From Felis catus (Eukaryota): a stretch of DNA of 64,000 nt. The notes beneath the pieces are model-generated. The model was not told the DNA's origin and made no database searches. It saw only the letters and a list, made by a program, of their open reading frames with translations. How positions within the stretch are numbered: the stretch's first letter is position 1; every line of letters begins with the position of its first letter. This document shows positions 23,750 through 35,805 of this stretch, piece by piece. A program made the translations under genes and the position numbers. The stretch is from the NCBI RefSeq assembly GCF_018350175.1, contig NC_058370.1:6634001-6698000 (forward strand). The letters run 5' to 3'.

Positions 23750-23963
23750 TTTTTTTTTTAACATTCATTTTATTTTGAGAGAGAGAGAGACAGAGCACAA
23801 GCAGGGGAGGGGCAGAGAGAGAGAGGGAGACACAGAATCCGAAGCAGGCTCCAGGCTCCGAGCTGTCAGCACAGAGCCCGACGTGGGGCCTGAACTCACG
23901 AACTGGGAGATCACGACCTGAGCTGAAGTCAGATGCTTAATGGACTGAGCCACCCAGGCGCCT
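23750..23963 (-). mobile_element. CanSINE, SINEC_Fc2-like
   Basis: Full body; TSD gagaa(t/a)ttaa. Confidence 0.93.
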
Positions 23964-25664
23964 GGAGAAATTAACATTTTAATCAAACATTTTATGTAAG
24001 CGGATCGTAAGTAGGTGTGTTTACGTAAGGCATCCTGCTTGCAGTTCTCGCATTAGGCACCCACCTGGCTGCCAGTACTGAGGACAGGAATAGCTTCGCT
24101 GCATCCTGTCCAGACCCACGCTGGGCATGCGCCCACACGTAAGGGTGCTGTGAGACGGTGCATGGTGCCGAGCGTTCTTCAGCCACCCTGCGAACTGTTG
24201 TGGTCTCCTCCTGATTGATGAGCTTATCTGGAGTCCCCAAACGGACACTGGACGCTCCCCCACGCCCGACACCCGCGTTGGTGGTTTGTGACGCAGGAAG
24301 GTGTTGCGGAGAGGGGCCCTTTTCTCTTGCCTAAGCGTTCTTTTGTTCATACTCTCTACACTCGGCCTCCGAGGCTGCACCAGCCCCAGACCTTCTAGGT
24401 GTTTGGATGCAGGTGCCTTTTGGGTTAAGGACCAGGGCAGGGGACACTGAGAAGCATTTCCCAGGGGCCTGAACGGTGTCAGTCGTGAGAGCCAATGGCT
24501 GCAGTGTGAGCCCGCGGGACCCGGTCCGCTCAGGCCCCCGTGTGGTGATGACTGTTTATATGACATGCGGGGTCTACCGAGCTGAGAGCAAGGACCCCCT
24601 TACTCAGATCTGCGTGTGAAATAGTTGATGCACGTGAAGGATCGCTTTGTAGGCTTGCTTTTATTTTTGGCTTTGGTGTAAGAGGAGAGTGACCTGGAGC
24701 TTCCCTAAAGAGAGGAGAAAAGAGGGAGGCGTGTGACAGGAGGGATGGCTTTGAGACCGTCTCCTGCCCGGCCTCGTCCTTGGACCAGTTTACAGCCCAG
24801 ATGCAGAGGGCACAGCCGGAAGCTGAACGAGCGGTTTTCTCATGATTTCTTGAGACCCGGGGCTCAGCAGTGTTGCTTCGGGCTTCAGAGGACCGGAGGA
24901 AGCACTGATGTTCTCTCTTGTACTTGAGGGGCTTCCCGAGCCACCCAGGATCGGTAGTGTTGACAGACCCCCTGTAACAGGTACCGGTCCTTCTGGGGAG
25001 GACACTAGAGCAGTGACAGGGAAGAAGCATTTCACAAAGGACAGCGGCTTTCCTTAAGCTGAGGGCTGTGGAGGAACATGGAAGCCTTGTAGCAGAACCT
25101 TTAAGGACCCCCAGACACAGGGTGGTGGTGGTCGTTTATGTAGGGGAACCCGGAGGTCTTCTGTGGGCAGCTTAGCGGCGACATTTATATCACTGACTTC
25201 CCTCTGATCCTTCCCCCCCCACCCCCACCCCGCCGGGCTGGGGAAGCGCCAGGCATTCGGATTATACAGAGCAAGCCGCACCTGCAGCAGGCACTGTGAT
25301 AGGCATCGTAAGAAGGAGAGATGTGTACGTATGTGAATGTGGAAAGCGATGCTCGTTCCTTTCCCGTCAGAGATCCAGTGACGGGGATTTGTGTGGGAAA
25401 TTAACGTTGCCACCATTCATCCACAGCCGTGGATGATAGCTGGGAAAAACAAAAGAGGTTAGATCTGTGAGTTGGAGGCCAGTTTCCAAGCAAAGATACT
25501 GCTTGCAGAGCGGGAAGGGCCCGCAGAGAAGGGGGACACCTGTGGGGAGGGAACGGGTCTGGCAGTGAGCGAAGGAACTGCATTTTAGTTCCAGGAAGAA
25601 CCTTGCGGAAGCAGGGAGCACAGGCGCTGTCGGGGGGGCGGGGGGGACGAGAGTATCTGAGGGG

Positions 25665-26340
25665 TGGGGTAGGCAGAATAGGGCCCCCCGTAAGATGTTC
25701 TCGTCCTAATCCTTGGGACATGGGACTATTTTAGGTTACATGGCAAAGGAAAACCAAAGTAGCAGATGGACTTAAAACAGGGAGAGGATCCTGGATTATC
25801 TACTTGGGCCCAGTGTGAGGTCCTTTTTTTTTTTTTTTTTTTTTTTTTAAGTTCATTTATTTATTTTGAGAGAGAGAGCGCGCACACTCGAGCCGGGGAG
25901 GGGCAGAGAGAGAAGGAGAGAGAGAATCCCAAGCAGGCTCTGAGCTGTCAGTGCAGAGCCCGATGCGGGGCTCGGACTCACGCACCGTGAGATCATGACC
26001 TGAGCTGAAATCAAGAGTCAGAGGCTTAACAGACTGGAGCCACTTCACAAAGGTCCCTACAAGTGGAAGAGGGGGCAGGAGGGAAGGGCCGAGAAAGAGG
26101 CATCACATCGGAAGCCGGGCAGACAGAGGCCATGCTGTTGGCTCTGTGCACGGAGCCGCTGGAACCTGGGAAAGGCGAGCAGACGGATCCCCCGCAGGAG
26201 CCTCCAGAAGGCGGCACAGCCATGACCTGAGCCCGTGAGCACCCGCTTTGCGCTTCTGAGCTGGGAAAGATCGCGGCTTTTGTTGTTCTAATTCTCCGAC
26301 TCCGTAATCTGTTAGGGTGGCTGCAGCAGGAAGCAGATGC
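25665..26340 (+). mobile_element. MLT1C/D LTR interrupted by a SINE
   Basis: 'ggtaggcagaata.ggcccccc..tcctaatcc..ttacatggcaaagg..atcctggattatc..gggccca..ggaaaggc.ag..acggat.c.cc..gagcctccagaagg'. Confidence 0.8.
25824..26043 (-). mobile_element. CanSINE, Fc3-like
   Basis: Long T-tract and body; flanked by aggtcc. Confidence 0.9.
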
Positions 26341-26783
26341 TGATAAAATTCTTGTGCTCTGGGGTTTGCCCGTATCCAGAACCGTCTGCTTCTGCAGAGG
26401 CACATCGGAGGGTCCCTCGGGTGCTCTGGGTCCCTGCACTGTCCCCGCACACGGGCGATATGCTCACGCTTGCTGGCGGCCAGCCCCGTCCCTCAGTCCT
26501 GGTTCCGGGGGTGGTTCTCAAGCCTCTTTGTGATGTGCTTCCTCTACTTGTGTCCACGCTGTGGGCAGAGACCCTTCCAGATGGTTCCAGGCTCTCCGTG
26601 GAGACCTCCTGGCTCTTGGGCAGTCTGTGTCCTCATCACCCCCAGGCAGCAGGGACACGGCTGCTTCTGCCGCCTTCTCTTCTTGCTGTCACATGCCGAC
26701 CGCTACCGCTGTCTCCCCCACTCCTTCCCAGCCTCAGTGCCTTGTGCACCCCAGAAGATTTGGGGTGACAGCTGTGCTGTCTG

Positions 26784-26928
26784 GCTGCTCTCAAGTCCCC
26801 TGTGCTTCCCGCTCGGGTGTTCAGAGACCCAGTGTCCTTGTCCGGCTGTGAGCAGAGTGGGGACAACCAGACGGTTTGGGGATAAGAGCTGAAAAAAAAA
26901 CCATGCAGTCTTTGGAGGCTTCTCTGGG
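26784..26928 (+). repeat. Local direct duplication, copy 2
   Basis: About 90% identical to 22413-22555. Confidence 0.9.
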
Positions 26929-29095
26929 TCACATGTGGGACATGTGACACGTGTCAGAGGCGGGATCTGAGCCCAGGCCACAGGCGGCCTGGAGGCTGCC
27001 TTTGGTGGCTCTGTTACCCACTGCTGGCTCCTGTCCTGGGCCAGGTCTCGTGGCGCAGGGGACCGGACGTTGTGGCCCGACCGGTGAGCCAGCCAGGCCT
27101 TGCGCCCAAGTCCTCGGACTCCTTGCCCTGTGCTAGCTCCATACGGCATTGGAGTCTGGCGTCCACAGGGCCATTTGGTGGCCCGACTCACTGGTGGCCT
27201 GTCCTCTGCCAGTCTCCGTATTCCCAGAGTGCTGTTGTGCGGTTGGGACCAGATCGGAAGGCGAAGCTCCAGCATATAGGGAGGCGTCGATTCGTGCTCC
27301 CGACTGCAGCCCCAAACCCGTGACTGAGTTTTCTTTTGAGCTTTGGGATTCCTCTTAGATGTAGAAATATTCATCATGGAGTCTCTTCTGTACGAAGGGA
27401 AAATATGTTTGTTGAGACAGTAACCCAGACGACAAAGCCTTCACCTTCGGAGTTTCTTCCAGTCTACAAAATCTCCTTTCCTTGGGGAGCCGAGCCTGTG
27501 CACGTGCCTGGCACACAGATGAGGTAGAATTTGGTGCCATTTCTGGCCCCGTCACTTCTTTGGATTTCTGGGAATTGTTTGTGAGGAATCCAGGGAGGGG
27601 ATCGCTTTTTCTTTGCTAATAAGGCAGAGGTGCCCGGTGAATTTGGGCAATTAGTGGAGGCAGTCGGCTGCACACGTGGCTGGGCCCTGGCTCCTAGGTG
27701 TTTAAATTATGCAGGCACGCTTCTTAATTAAGGAGGGATTTTGCCAGAGGGAGAATACAGCCCGAATTCCCATGATGCCCTTCGTGCCTCAAGGGGTGGC
27801 CTCTAGTCTTCTAGACTAAGCAGGTTGGCCTCTAAAGGCTTCCTACAAAACAGACAAACAAACAAAAACAAATGGAAAGAAGTTGTTGTTGATCCTTTAT
27901 CAGTAGAAGAGAGGAAACGAATGTGCGGGATCACAGAGGGATGCCGGGAGAGAACTCATTTTTCACATTCTAATGGCTTCATGGTCACGGTGCTCATTAC
28001 CGTGTGAAAGCCAAGAACCGTGGCTGGGGAGTTAATTACTGATCGAAGATAGTTTCAGAAAACATTGTAAAGAACTTGCCTGGCGACAGATAATGACAAT
28101 AATTGATAGGTAGGAGAAGGTGATTTTGTACAACGGAGATTCTGGCTGTAAACAATAACATCCATCTATTTCCAAACTGAGAGGATTCAGAAGACCCGGC
28201 ATAGATTACCTTGTCGCAGGCAGATGAGCCCCAAGGGGCTACTGCAAGGTGAAGAGAGGAACTGAGATTTGAAGCAAAAACCCTCTTGAATCTCTTTTAA
28301 TCTGGGTAGGTTGACTTACCCCCGCTGGATAATTTTGCTAGGACCTTTTTTTTTCTTACTTCCTGGCATAAGGCAGTAAAATAACTGTGGGGAGCGGCTA
28401 CCTGTAGATAATGTGCATTAAAGTGCAGGGTAGGCTGGGTGCCACTCCTTTGAGAACTATAACCACAGAGGCTGTAAAACTCATGTTCCAAGGGCAGAAT
28501 GTGACGCCCCTGTTTGCTTGGTTTTGCTTGTCTGTTTAAACTGCAAAGCATGGGCCTGAATGGCATTAAAAAAAAAAAAAATGAAGCTCTGGATAATTTG
28601 ACAACAGTTGCAAATCAGATACACTAACGTAAAAATCTAGACTTCTAGTTTCTCTCAGAAAGAGACTTTGGGGATCGTGATGTCTCGCGTAAAAATAAAT
28701 AGCGGTAGCTGGTGTTGAAGGTTCCCTTCGGATCGGGACGGGCCTCTCCATCTTGCCATAATCCCACCACATTGTCCTTGACGGCAGGGTCAATGTCAAC
28801 CGCTCTTTCGCACTAGACTCGCCCTTTACTCTTCTCAGAGAACTAAGAGGGAAGTGATAGTGATACTCCGTCTCCTTTCTGTGTCTCCGTAAAATGCTCG
28901 AACACCAAAAATAGAAGAAGAGGGCACAGGTTTTCCATAAAAACAAATGGTAGAGAGCACATTTTTTATTGAAGGGGAGACTATTCCTGTGTGTTTAATG
29001 TCCAGGATTTGTGCTAAGTGAATAAAATACCTGGCCCCCATGGACGTTTGAGTTTGTAACCTCTGCAGTGGAAAGGCCTTTAAAAATCTAGTTTA

Positions 29096-29324
29096 GGGGC
29101 GCCTGGGTGGCGCAGTCGGTTAAGCGTCCGACTTCAGCCAGGTCACGATCTCGCGGTCCGGGAGTTCGAGCCCCGCATCGGGCTCTGGGCTGATGGCTCA
29201 GAGCCTGGAGCCTGTTTCCGATTCTGTGTCTCCCTCTCTCTCTGCCCCTCCCCCGTTCATGCTCTGTCTCTCTCTGTCCCAAAAATAAATAAACGTTGAA
29301 AAAAATGTTAAAAAAAAATAAAAA
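29096..29324 (+). mobile_element. CanSINE, young SINEC_Fc-type
   Basis: TSD taaaaatctagtt at 29081-29093 and 29325-29337. Confidence 0.97.
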
Positions 29325-30464
29325 TAAAAATCTAGTTCAAGGGGCTCTCGACGGAAAAACCTGAGACGGAGGAATGGCGCACCTTGGTGGGCAAAAGTGG
29401 TCCAGCGGCATCTCTGAAGTCACACTCTGTGTCCTAACTTATCGCTCCACTGCGGGGTGGGGGGTGGGGTTCTGGAGGATGGGACCCCCTCCCCGCAGGT
29501 GTCGGGAGGGAGGCAGGCATTCTGCTGTGTGTCGCCAGCACCCAGGGCGTCTCCCCTCAGAGCTCGCAGCTACTCGTTTTCATCGCTGCTGCATCCGTAA
29601 CGCTGCTCATTCCCGCGGGGTCCACCGCCACCCCGACAGCCTGATGCGGGACTCGGCACCTAGTAGGTGTTCATTAAAAATCATTGACTGCGATATCGCC
29701 CTGGGAGTTAGAAGCAGGAAGGGGGCTGTTGATGGTGGCCAGGCCTGCAACACACAGTCGACCGGTGGGGAGAAGAGAATGACACCATTTGGGATTTTTT
29801 GGTTGCAAGAGACGAGAATCAATCTTGCGTAATGTATGCGTAAAAGAAACATATTACAGGTTGTGGGGTATTCCTAGAACGAAAGGAAAGTCCGTAGGAA
29901 CCTTTCCTCTGAGCGGGGTGGGGCCTCAGGCAGCCCCAGGCACCTAGGTAGTGGGTATCAGTCTTCAAGCCACTGCTGTGTCAGGATCCGTTGGCTGTGA
30001 CTGTTTCCTGTGGGGGAAGCAGAGTCTGATTGGTTTTAGTTTTGTCACACGCTGGCGGGGGTTGGGGGGCAGGGGCAGGGCCACTCGATTGATGGTCTCC
30101 GCCAGCCTGCAGAGGCGGATGGCAGAGTGGGTCTTACAAGGAGCAGGTCTGCAGGCAGAGGAAGCGTGAGCTTAGTTAAGAGCTAAGTCGACCCGTCTCC
30201 AGCCTTTCTCCCCTGGGATTGGCAGTCTGGGCACCTGCAGCCCACCGTTCCCCACAAGCTGCTGTAGGACCTGACCCGGCCATACGCGGCCAGTGTCCCC
30301 GGATGGGGAGGAATGGCGGAGTGCTTGGTGATGCCACCCTCTGACCGCCCCCCCCCCCCCGCCCCCCATCGCCCCGCCTGCTCTATCTTGGCTAGGTCTC
30401 CATCTGCCTAGCTGGAGAAGAACTCTAAGCTTGGGGAATTTCGTTTCAGGAGTAAAAGAGTAGT

Positions 30465-30690
30465 ACCAAGAGCTATTCTTTTATAGATCGCTCACCCCAA
30501 GCGCTAGGTACTGTGCTGAGTCGTTGACCCTGCGTCCCTCCATTTGATCCCCGTGGCTCTGACAAGACACTCTTGCTTTACTTATGGTAGATGGTGAAGC
30601 TGGAATTAGAGGATGCAAGTCCCTGGCTGGTGGGGCTCAACTCAAATCCAGTCTGATGGGTCCAATGCCCGGGGTCGTGTTCACCACACA
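30465..30690 (-). mobile_element. MIR fragment
   Basis: 'taggtactgtgct.ag..tcatttgatcc..agatg.tgaagctg..actcaaatccag'. Confidence 0.55.
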
Positions 30691-31320
30691 GCGCTTTCCC
30701 GCCCTCTGCTGAGAAGTCTGAGGGCTCTGAAGAAACTTCGGATGTTTCTCGGGCTCTGTGTTCTAGGATTTTAGATGCAGCCTTTCTAATGCATTCCACT
30801 TCATTTGGAGCCTTGGTTGTCAAAGAGGAGTTATTTTCAGTTAACGTTTTTAAAATTTTTTAAATTTTTTCTTTGTATTTTGAGCAATGGTGTGTATTTC
30901 CTCCCTGAACAGATAAGGGAAACCGGAAGTCTCCGTTCAGGCCGACAGTGTGCCATGTTGTGCTATGCCCTGTGACATAGCACAGGTGACATGATAAAAA
31001 GCCCAACCCCCAGAGTTCAGCTGTTTCCTCAAATGCCAAGTTTGTCCTGGTTGTTCAGATGATAGCATCTTCATAAATCTAAATGTATTTCTGTATAAGG
31101 GACTGCTCTTCATCCGGGACGATAGCCATCTATCTGTACTCTTAGGTGATAAAATGTCTTTTCTTGTGTGAAAAGATGACACAAGTAACTAACGTCCTAT
31201 ATATATATTTTTTTTTTATGTAGTAAAATAAGAAACTTACGCCATTTCCAACTGTGCTTGTGTTATATTTTCGGGGGAGGTGAAATTTTGAAATGTTACC
31301 AGTTCATCAAATACAAGTTA

Positions 31321-31565
31321 AAAAAATTTTTTTTAATATTTATGTATTTTTGAGAGAGAGAGAGAGAGAGAGAGGGAGAGCGAGAGCAAGCGAGCATGAG
31401 CAGGGGAGGGGCAGAGAGAGAGAGAGGGAGACACAGAATCGGAAGCAGGCTCCAGGCTCTGAGCTGTCAGCACAGAGCCCAACGTGGGGCTCGAACCCAC
31501 GAACAGTGAGATCATGACCTGAGCCGAAGTTGGACACCCAACCCACTGAGCAACTCAGGCGTCCC
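31321..31565 (-). mobile_element. CanSINE, SINEC_Fc2-like
   Basis: TSD tcaaatacaagtt. Confidence 0.94.
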
Positions 31566-32605
31566 TCAAATACAAGTTTTGAGCCACTATCCTGGAGAGC
31601 CTTATCTGCTAAAGCTTAGTAAATATGTGCACCTCTAAGATGCCAAAATCTAAGAATATGATGAGGAGTAAAATAAAATATGAACAAACTTTAGAAATAA
31701 GTACACATCAAGTAGAGAAACACTTGTCATTTTAGTGCTTGCCAATACTTCATAGAACCAAATGTTCTGTCTCTTTTGTCTTAACTATTCTGCTGGGTGT
31801 GAAGTCTGTTTATCAAGGTCGGTAATTTATTCATTCTGGTGTTGAAAGACATTTAGATTGATTCCAAATTTTTGCCCTGATAAGCAGTGTTACATTGAAT
31901 ATTCTTGTACAAGTCATCATATTTTTTTCCTGTATATCATTAGTTTTTTAAAAAATAAACTTGAAGCCCAGAAAAGGAGAGGGAATAGAATAATGAATGC
32001 CTATGTTCACATCTCCTATGATTAACAGTTGTTAATATTTTGACATATTTGTTTCATCTGTTTTGTTGGAAATTTAAAGTGGATTAGCATCGTGGCATTC
32101 ACCCCTAAATATCTCAGTATGGGATTCTAAAAAATGAAGATGACCTTACTAGTAGCTCTTGGACATCATCTGATGCCCAGTTCCCGTTACATTTTTCCTA
32201 ATCGTCTCCTAAATGTTTTTCAAATCAAAACCCAATCAAGGACAACTCATTGTATATTACATTCCACGGTTCTACTTTGTCCTTAAGCAACTCTTTTAAT
32301 CTAGGATGGTAACACCCCCCACCCACTTTTTTTTTTTTTTTCTTTAGTGATACTGTCTTGAAGACCTAAGACCATCATCTTATCTTTTGGGTTTGAGGAT
32401 TGCTTCTTTATGATGGTGCTTAACTTGTTCGTCTATCACCTAAATTTTCTGCAAACAGGAAGTTATACCTAAAGGCTTGAATAGATTCAGGATGAACTTT
32501 TTGGCAAGAATATTTGGTAGGTATAGCAAATGTATATTCCACATTACGTCACAACAGAAAACATATAGCATCTGTCTGCCCCACCATTGGAGATGCTATT
32601 ATTAT

Positions 32606-32794
32606 CATTTATAATGTTTGTTTATTTTTGAGAGAGAGAATGAGCAGGGGAGGGGCAGGGAAAGACAGGGAGACAGGATCCAAAGCAGGCTCTGCGCTGA
32701 CAGTGGAGAGCCTGATGTGGGGCTCGAACTCACGAATCGTGAGATCATAACCCCGAAGTCGGATGCCCAACCAAGTGAGCCACCCAGGCGCCCC
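32606..32794 (-). mobile_element. CanSINE, Fc3-like
   Basis: TSD tggagatgct(a/g)ttatt. Confidence 0.9.
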
Positions 32795-33038
32795 TGGAGA
32801 TGCTGTTATTGATGACTGGCCTAAGATTGGGGTGGTCACATCTCTGCACTGCGAAGTCACACATTTCTCCCTTGCAAACAGGAACGAATCTGTGGAAGGG
32901 TATGTTGGCACTGTGCACATGTCAAGCTCCCCATCATTTTCCCTCTGTGTTGGGCCTGGGGTCAGTCACCAATTTCACTTGGGGTTGTAGGATGCTGATT
33001 TGCAAATTCTACCGTATCTTCTACATTGACGTTTTTCT

Positions 33039-33248
33039 TTTTTTTTTCAACTTTTTTTTTTTTTTTTTGGGACAGAGAGAGAGCATGAACGGGGGAGGGG
33101 CAGAGAGAGAGGGAGACACAGAATCGGAAACAGGCTCCAGGCTCCGAGCCATCAGCCCAGAGCCTGACGCGGGGCTCGAACTCACGGACCACGAGATTGT
33201 GACCTGGCTGAAGTCGGACGCTTAACCGACTGCGCCACCCAGGCGTGC
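33039..33248 (-). mobile_element. CanSINE, young SINEC_Fc-type
   Basis: Perfect 18-bp TSD ctacattgacgtttttct at 33021-33038 and 33249-33266. Confidence 0.97.
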
Positions 33249-33544
33249 CTACATTGACGTTTTTCTGTAAAGAAGAGATTTCTGTCATTTCCTGGAATTG
33301 TGGGGTGACCCTAAATTATAGTCCCCGCTAGAAATGTAGGGTAAATGCTTAGTGCTTTCCCATTGTCAGTGATTAGAATAAGGAGACGGTATAATAGTTA
33401 TCTCCAGTGATGGCGGATAAATTTAAGTTGTGTTTTCTTTGACACCTTCTTGTGTATCAGTAAGGATTTGTGGACTTTTATATATTATTCTGTTTCAGTC
33501 ATTGCTGTTTTTGATGTTCTGCTCATCTCGACTTTGGCCATTAG

Positions 33545-33558
33545 GCGCCCCCTTCTGG
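33545..33558 (-). promoter_or_regulatory. CTCF-like motif
   Basis: Minus strand CCAGAAGGGGGCGC, one mismatch to CCASYAGRKGGCRS. Confidence 0.45.
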
Positions 33559-34008
33559 TCGGCTCATGGACATGAACTCATGACTCCTTGCTTTCTAGTT
33601 AGTACATGTCCTGGATAGTCCTCACGTCCTGGCCCGAAAATGGAAATTAGGGTCTAGGATTAATTGTGGAAATCAGAATTATGGCATTGTGCACATTTAA
33701 TATTTTGTAAAAATAACATCCAGTGCATCTCCAAAGTACAGAACTGATGTATTTGTTCCCCCTGCACCAGGAGAGTATTGGGATACCGAATCTCTCCTAA
33801 CTTGTGTTGGTTCTTGAGATGATCAAACTTTAGTGATTTTTCCAATCAGGTAGGTGAAAATGGTTGTTTGGGTGCTATTTTAATGTTTTTTTCTCCAATT
33901 ACTAGTATTATGGAACATATTTGAATATATATTTATTTACCATTTGAACTTTTATTCTTTTGTTTGCCTCCTTACTCCTTTACTCATTTAAATGGGTGAC
34001 TTCAATTG

Positions 34009-34225
34009 TTTTTTTTTTTAAGTTTATTTATTTTTGAGAGGGAGGGAGAGAGAGTGCACATAAGCAGGGGAGAGGCAGAGAGAGAGGGAGACACAGAATT
34101 TGAAGCAGGCTCCAGGCTCTGAGCTGTCAGCACAGAGCCCGATGCGGGGCTTGAACTCACAGACCGTGAGATCATGACCTGAGGCGAAGTCAGACACTCA
34201 ACCGACTGAGCCACCCAGGCGCCCC
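34009..34225 (-). mobile_element. CanSINE, SINEC_Fc2-like
   Basis: TSD tcaa(t/c)tgttttt. Confidence 0.93.
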
Positions 34226-34909
34226 TCTCTCAACTGTTTTTGAAAAACTTCCCCTAGATCATTTAAAGTAAACCCTATACAGAATTTTCATTAGCACAGC
34301 ACTTACCAAAGATAGCTTGTTATTCTCCATTTTTTCCACTGGGTGTCACTGTTTGCCTGCGTAGAGAACAGAGAATCATCCTTGGTAACTGGGAAGTCCC
34401 TGGTCAAAAAGTACTGGTGGCCACCTGGCTTTGCTTGTTTGGGCATTAGAGACTCAAGAGCATTCTCTAGGCAGTTCAATGTCTGGTGCGTAAATATTGT
34501 TTTTGGATGAAACCTAGATCAAAATCAGGTCAGATGTCAGTATGCCCCTCTCTTGGCCCTTTTACGTCTCCAGAAAATGTGGCTTTCATTTAAACTGAAG
34601 GCAGGCAGCGGAATGAAAACGAGGCATGTTTAAACACCTTCAAATAGATGTGCACAGAGATAGATTAAGACTCTCCTTTTGGAGGATGAGCTATTTCCTC
34701 TTGATAAGAAACCCATTGATGAGAAAATATGCATTTGGTTTTTGGTAAGATTGTGGGCACGGCATGCCATCTGATTTGTTTTTATCTGTCAGCTGGTCGG
34801 TTATAACGGGCAGGGCTTTGCTTTTTTGCTCTTTTGTTATTAATTGGAGAAAAGGCCACTAAGTGAATTATATTGATCAAAACCTAATCCTTTGTGGGAA
34901 TTGATGGCT

Positions 34910-35740
34910 GTTTTTAAAAACTTCTTTGACTATACGATGCGTATAAAAGTGCCCAAATCATACAGCTTAGATTTTCGCATGCTGAACACACCCACGTCGG
35001 GAGCATCAATATCGGGAAATGGAATGTGACCCCGCCCCAGACTCCCTGCTTGCCTCTGTCTGGTCACCCCTTCCCTGGTCCTACCAAGAGTAACCACTTT
35101 TCTGACTTCTCTCCTCAAAATTAGTTTAGCCTGTCTCTGTGCCTTTTACGAAAGGACTTGAACAGTATGCACTTTTTTGAGTCTGGCTTCTTTCTCTCAA
35201 TTTCATGTGTGCGAGGCTGATCCGTATTGTCGAGTGTAGTTGTTTTGTCTTTCCATTGCAGTAGAATATTCCATTGTGCGAATATGCAATGATTTATTCT
35301 ATCACCGGTGAGCATTTGGGAGGTGTTTAGTTTTTGGCTATTATGAGCAGGACTGAATCATGAATAATACCGTATATTACACTAGCGTATGTTATATGAT
35401 ATAACGTATATTATGATATATATATACGATATATGATATAACGTATATATACAATATATAACGTATATATACGATATATAACATATGTAACATATATTAC
35501 AATATCGTATGTTGCCGTACGATGGAATCATGAATGGCAGTGACTGCTGTGGTGCGTGTTCTTTGGGAACATGTGTGGAACTCCTGGGGTGGAAGGCAGC
35601 ATTTGCTCTGCCGTGATGGGTATGGCCAAAGTCCGCTTTCCAAAGTGACCCACTTGTGTGTTTGGGAGTTTCCTGATGCTTCACATCCTCATCAGCACTG
35701 GCATTTTCTGTCTTTCTCATCTTAGCCATTCTGGTGGGAG
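34910..35740 (-). mobile_element. Old L1 3' end (L1ME-like) with a TA-rich insert
   Basis: 'gtaaccact.ttctgacttct..attagtt..gcctgt..tcttttg.gtctggcttc.tt..tattccattgtg.gaatat..tttttggctattatga..cacatcctc.tcagcactggcatt'. Confidence 0.75.
35366..35524. repeat. Degenerate TA-rich minisatellite (tataacgtatatatacga-type units)
   Basis: Direct inspection; flanked by gaatcatgaat at 35355-35365 and 35525-35535. Confidence 0.9.
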
Positions 35741-35757
35741 AAACTTGTGAGGTCAAC

Positions 35758-35789
<32 letters not shown>

Positions 35790-35805
35790 TTAATGTTTAT
35801 TCATT

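Larger units (their letters stand above)
22612..24000. mobile_element. hAT-Tip100 DNA transposon fossil (Zaphod/MER115-like), interrupted by two SINEs; right boundary uncertain
   Basis: Left end 'tacaaatggaggcccac..tgtct.agtatttaaag..aagctaa..aactg.taa.taaaata..cctgga.atatacaccttc' resembles recalled Zaphod/MER115; transposase remnant at 22963-23058. Confidence 0.6.
31950..33650 (-). mobile_element. Old L1 3' region (L1MC4/5-like) with two SINE insertions
   Basis: 'ttaacagttgttaatattttg.catatttg..ttcacccctaaata..ccaatcaagga..gcttgaatagattcagg..ttttggcaagaata..ttggccatt.g..cccctt'. Confidence 0.7.

Noticed and set aside
26703-27377. 224-aa minus-strand ORF overlapping the duplicated segment
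   Set aside because: No recognisable domain, composition typical of chance GC-rich ORFs, and the frame is not clearly preserved in the other copy
29096-29180. tRNA-like A/B-box heads (TGGCGCAGTCGG..GGAGTTCGAGCC)
   Set aside because: These are the tRNA-derived heads of CanSINEs followed by (CT)n and A-tails, not tRNA genes
30348-30367. Long poly-C/poly-G runs here and at about 2946, 16756, 19803, 47302, 48471, 60039 and 61573
   Set aside because: Simple homopolymers whose lengths are unreliable in assemblies; no shared context
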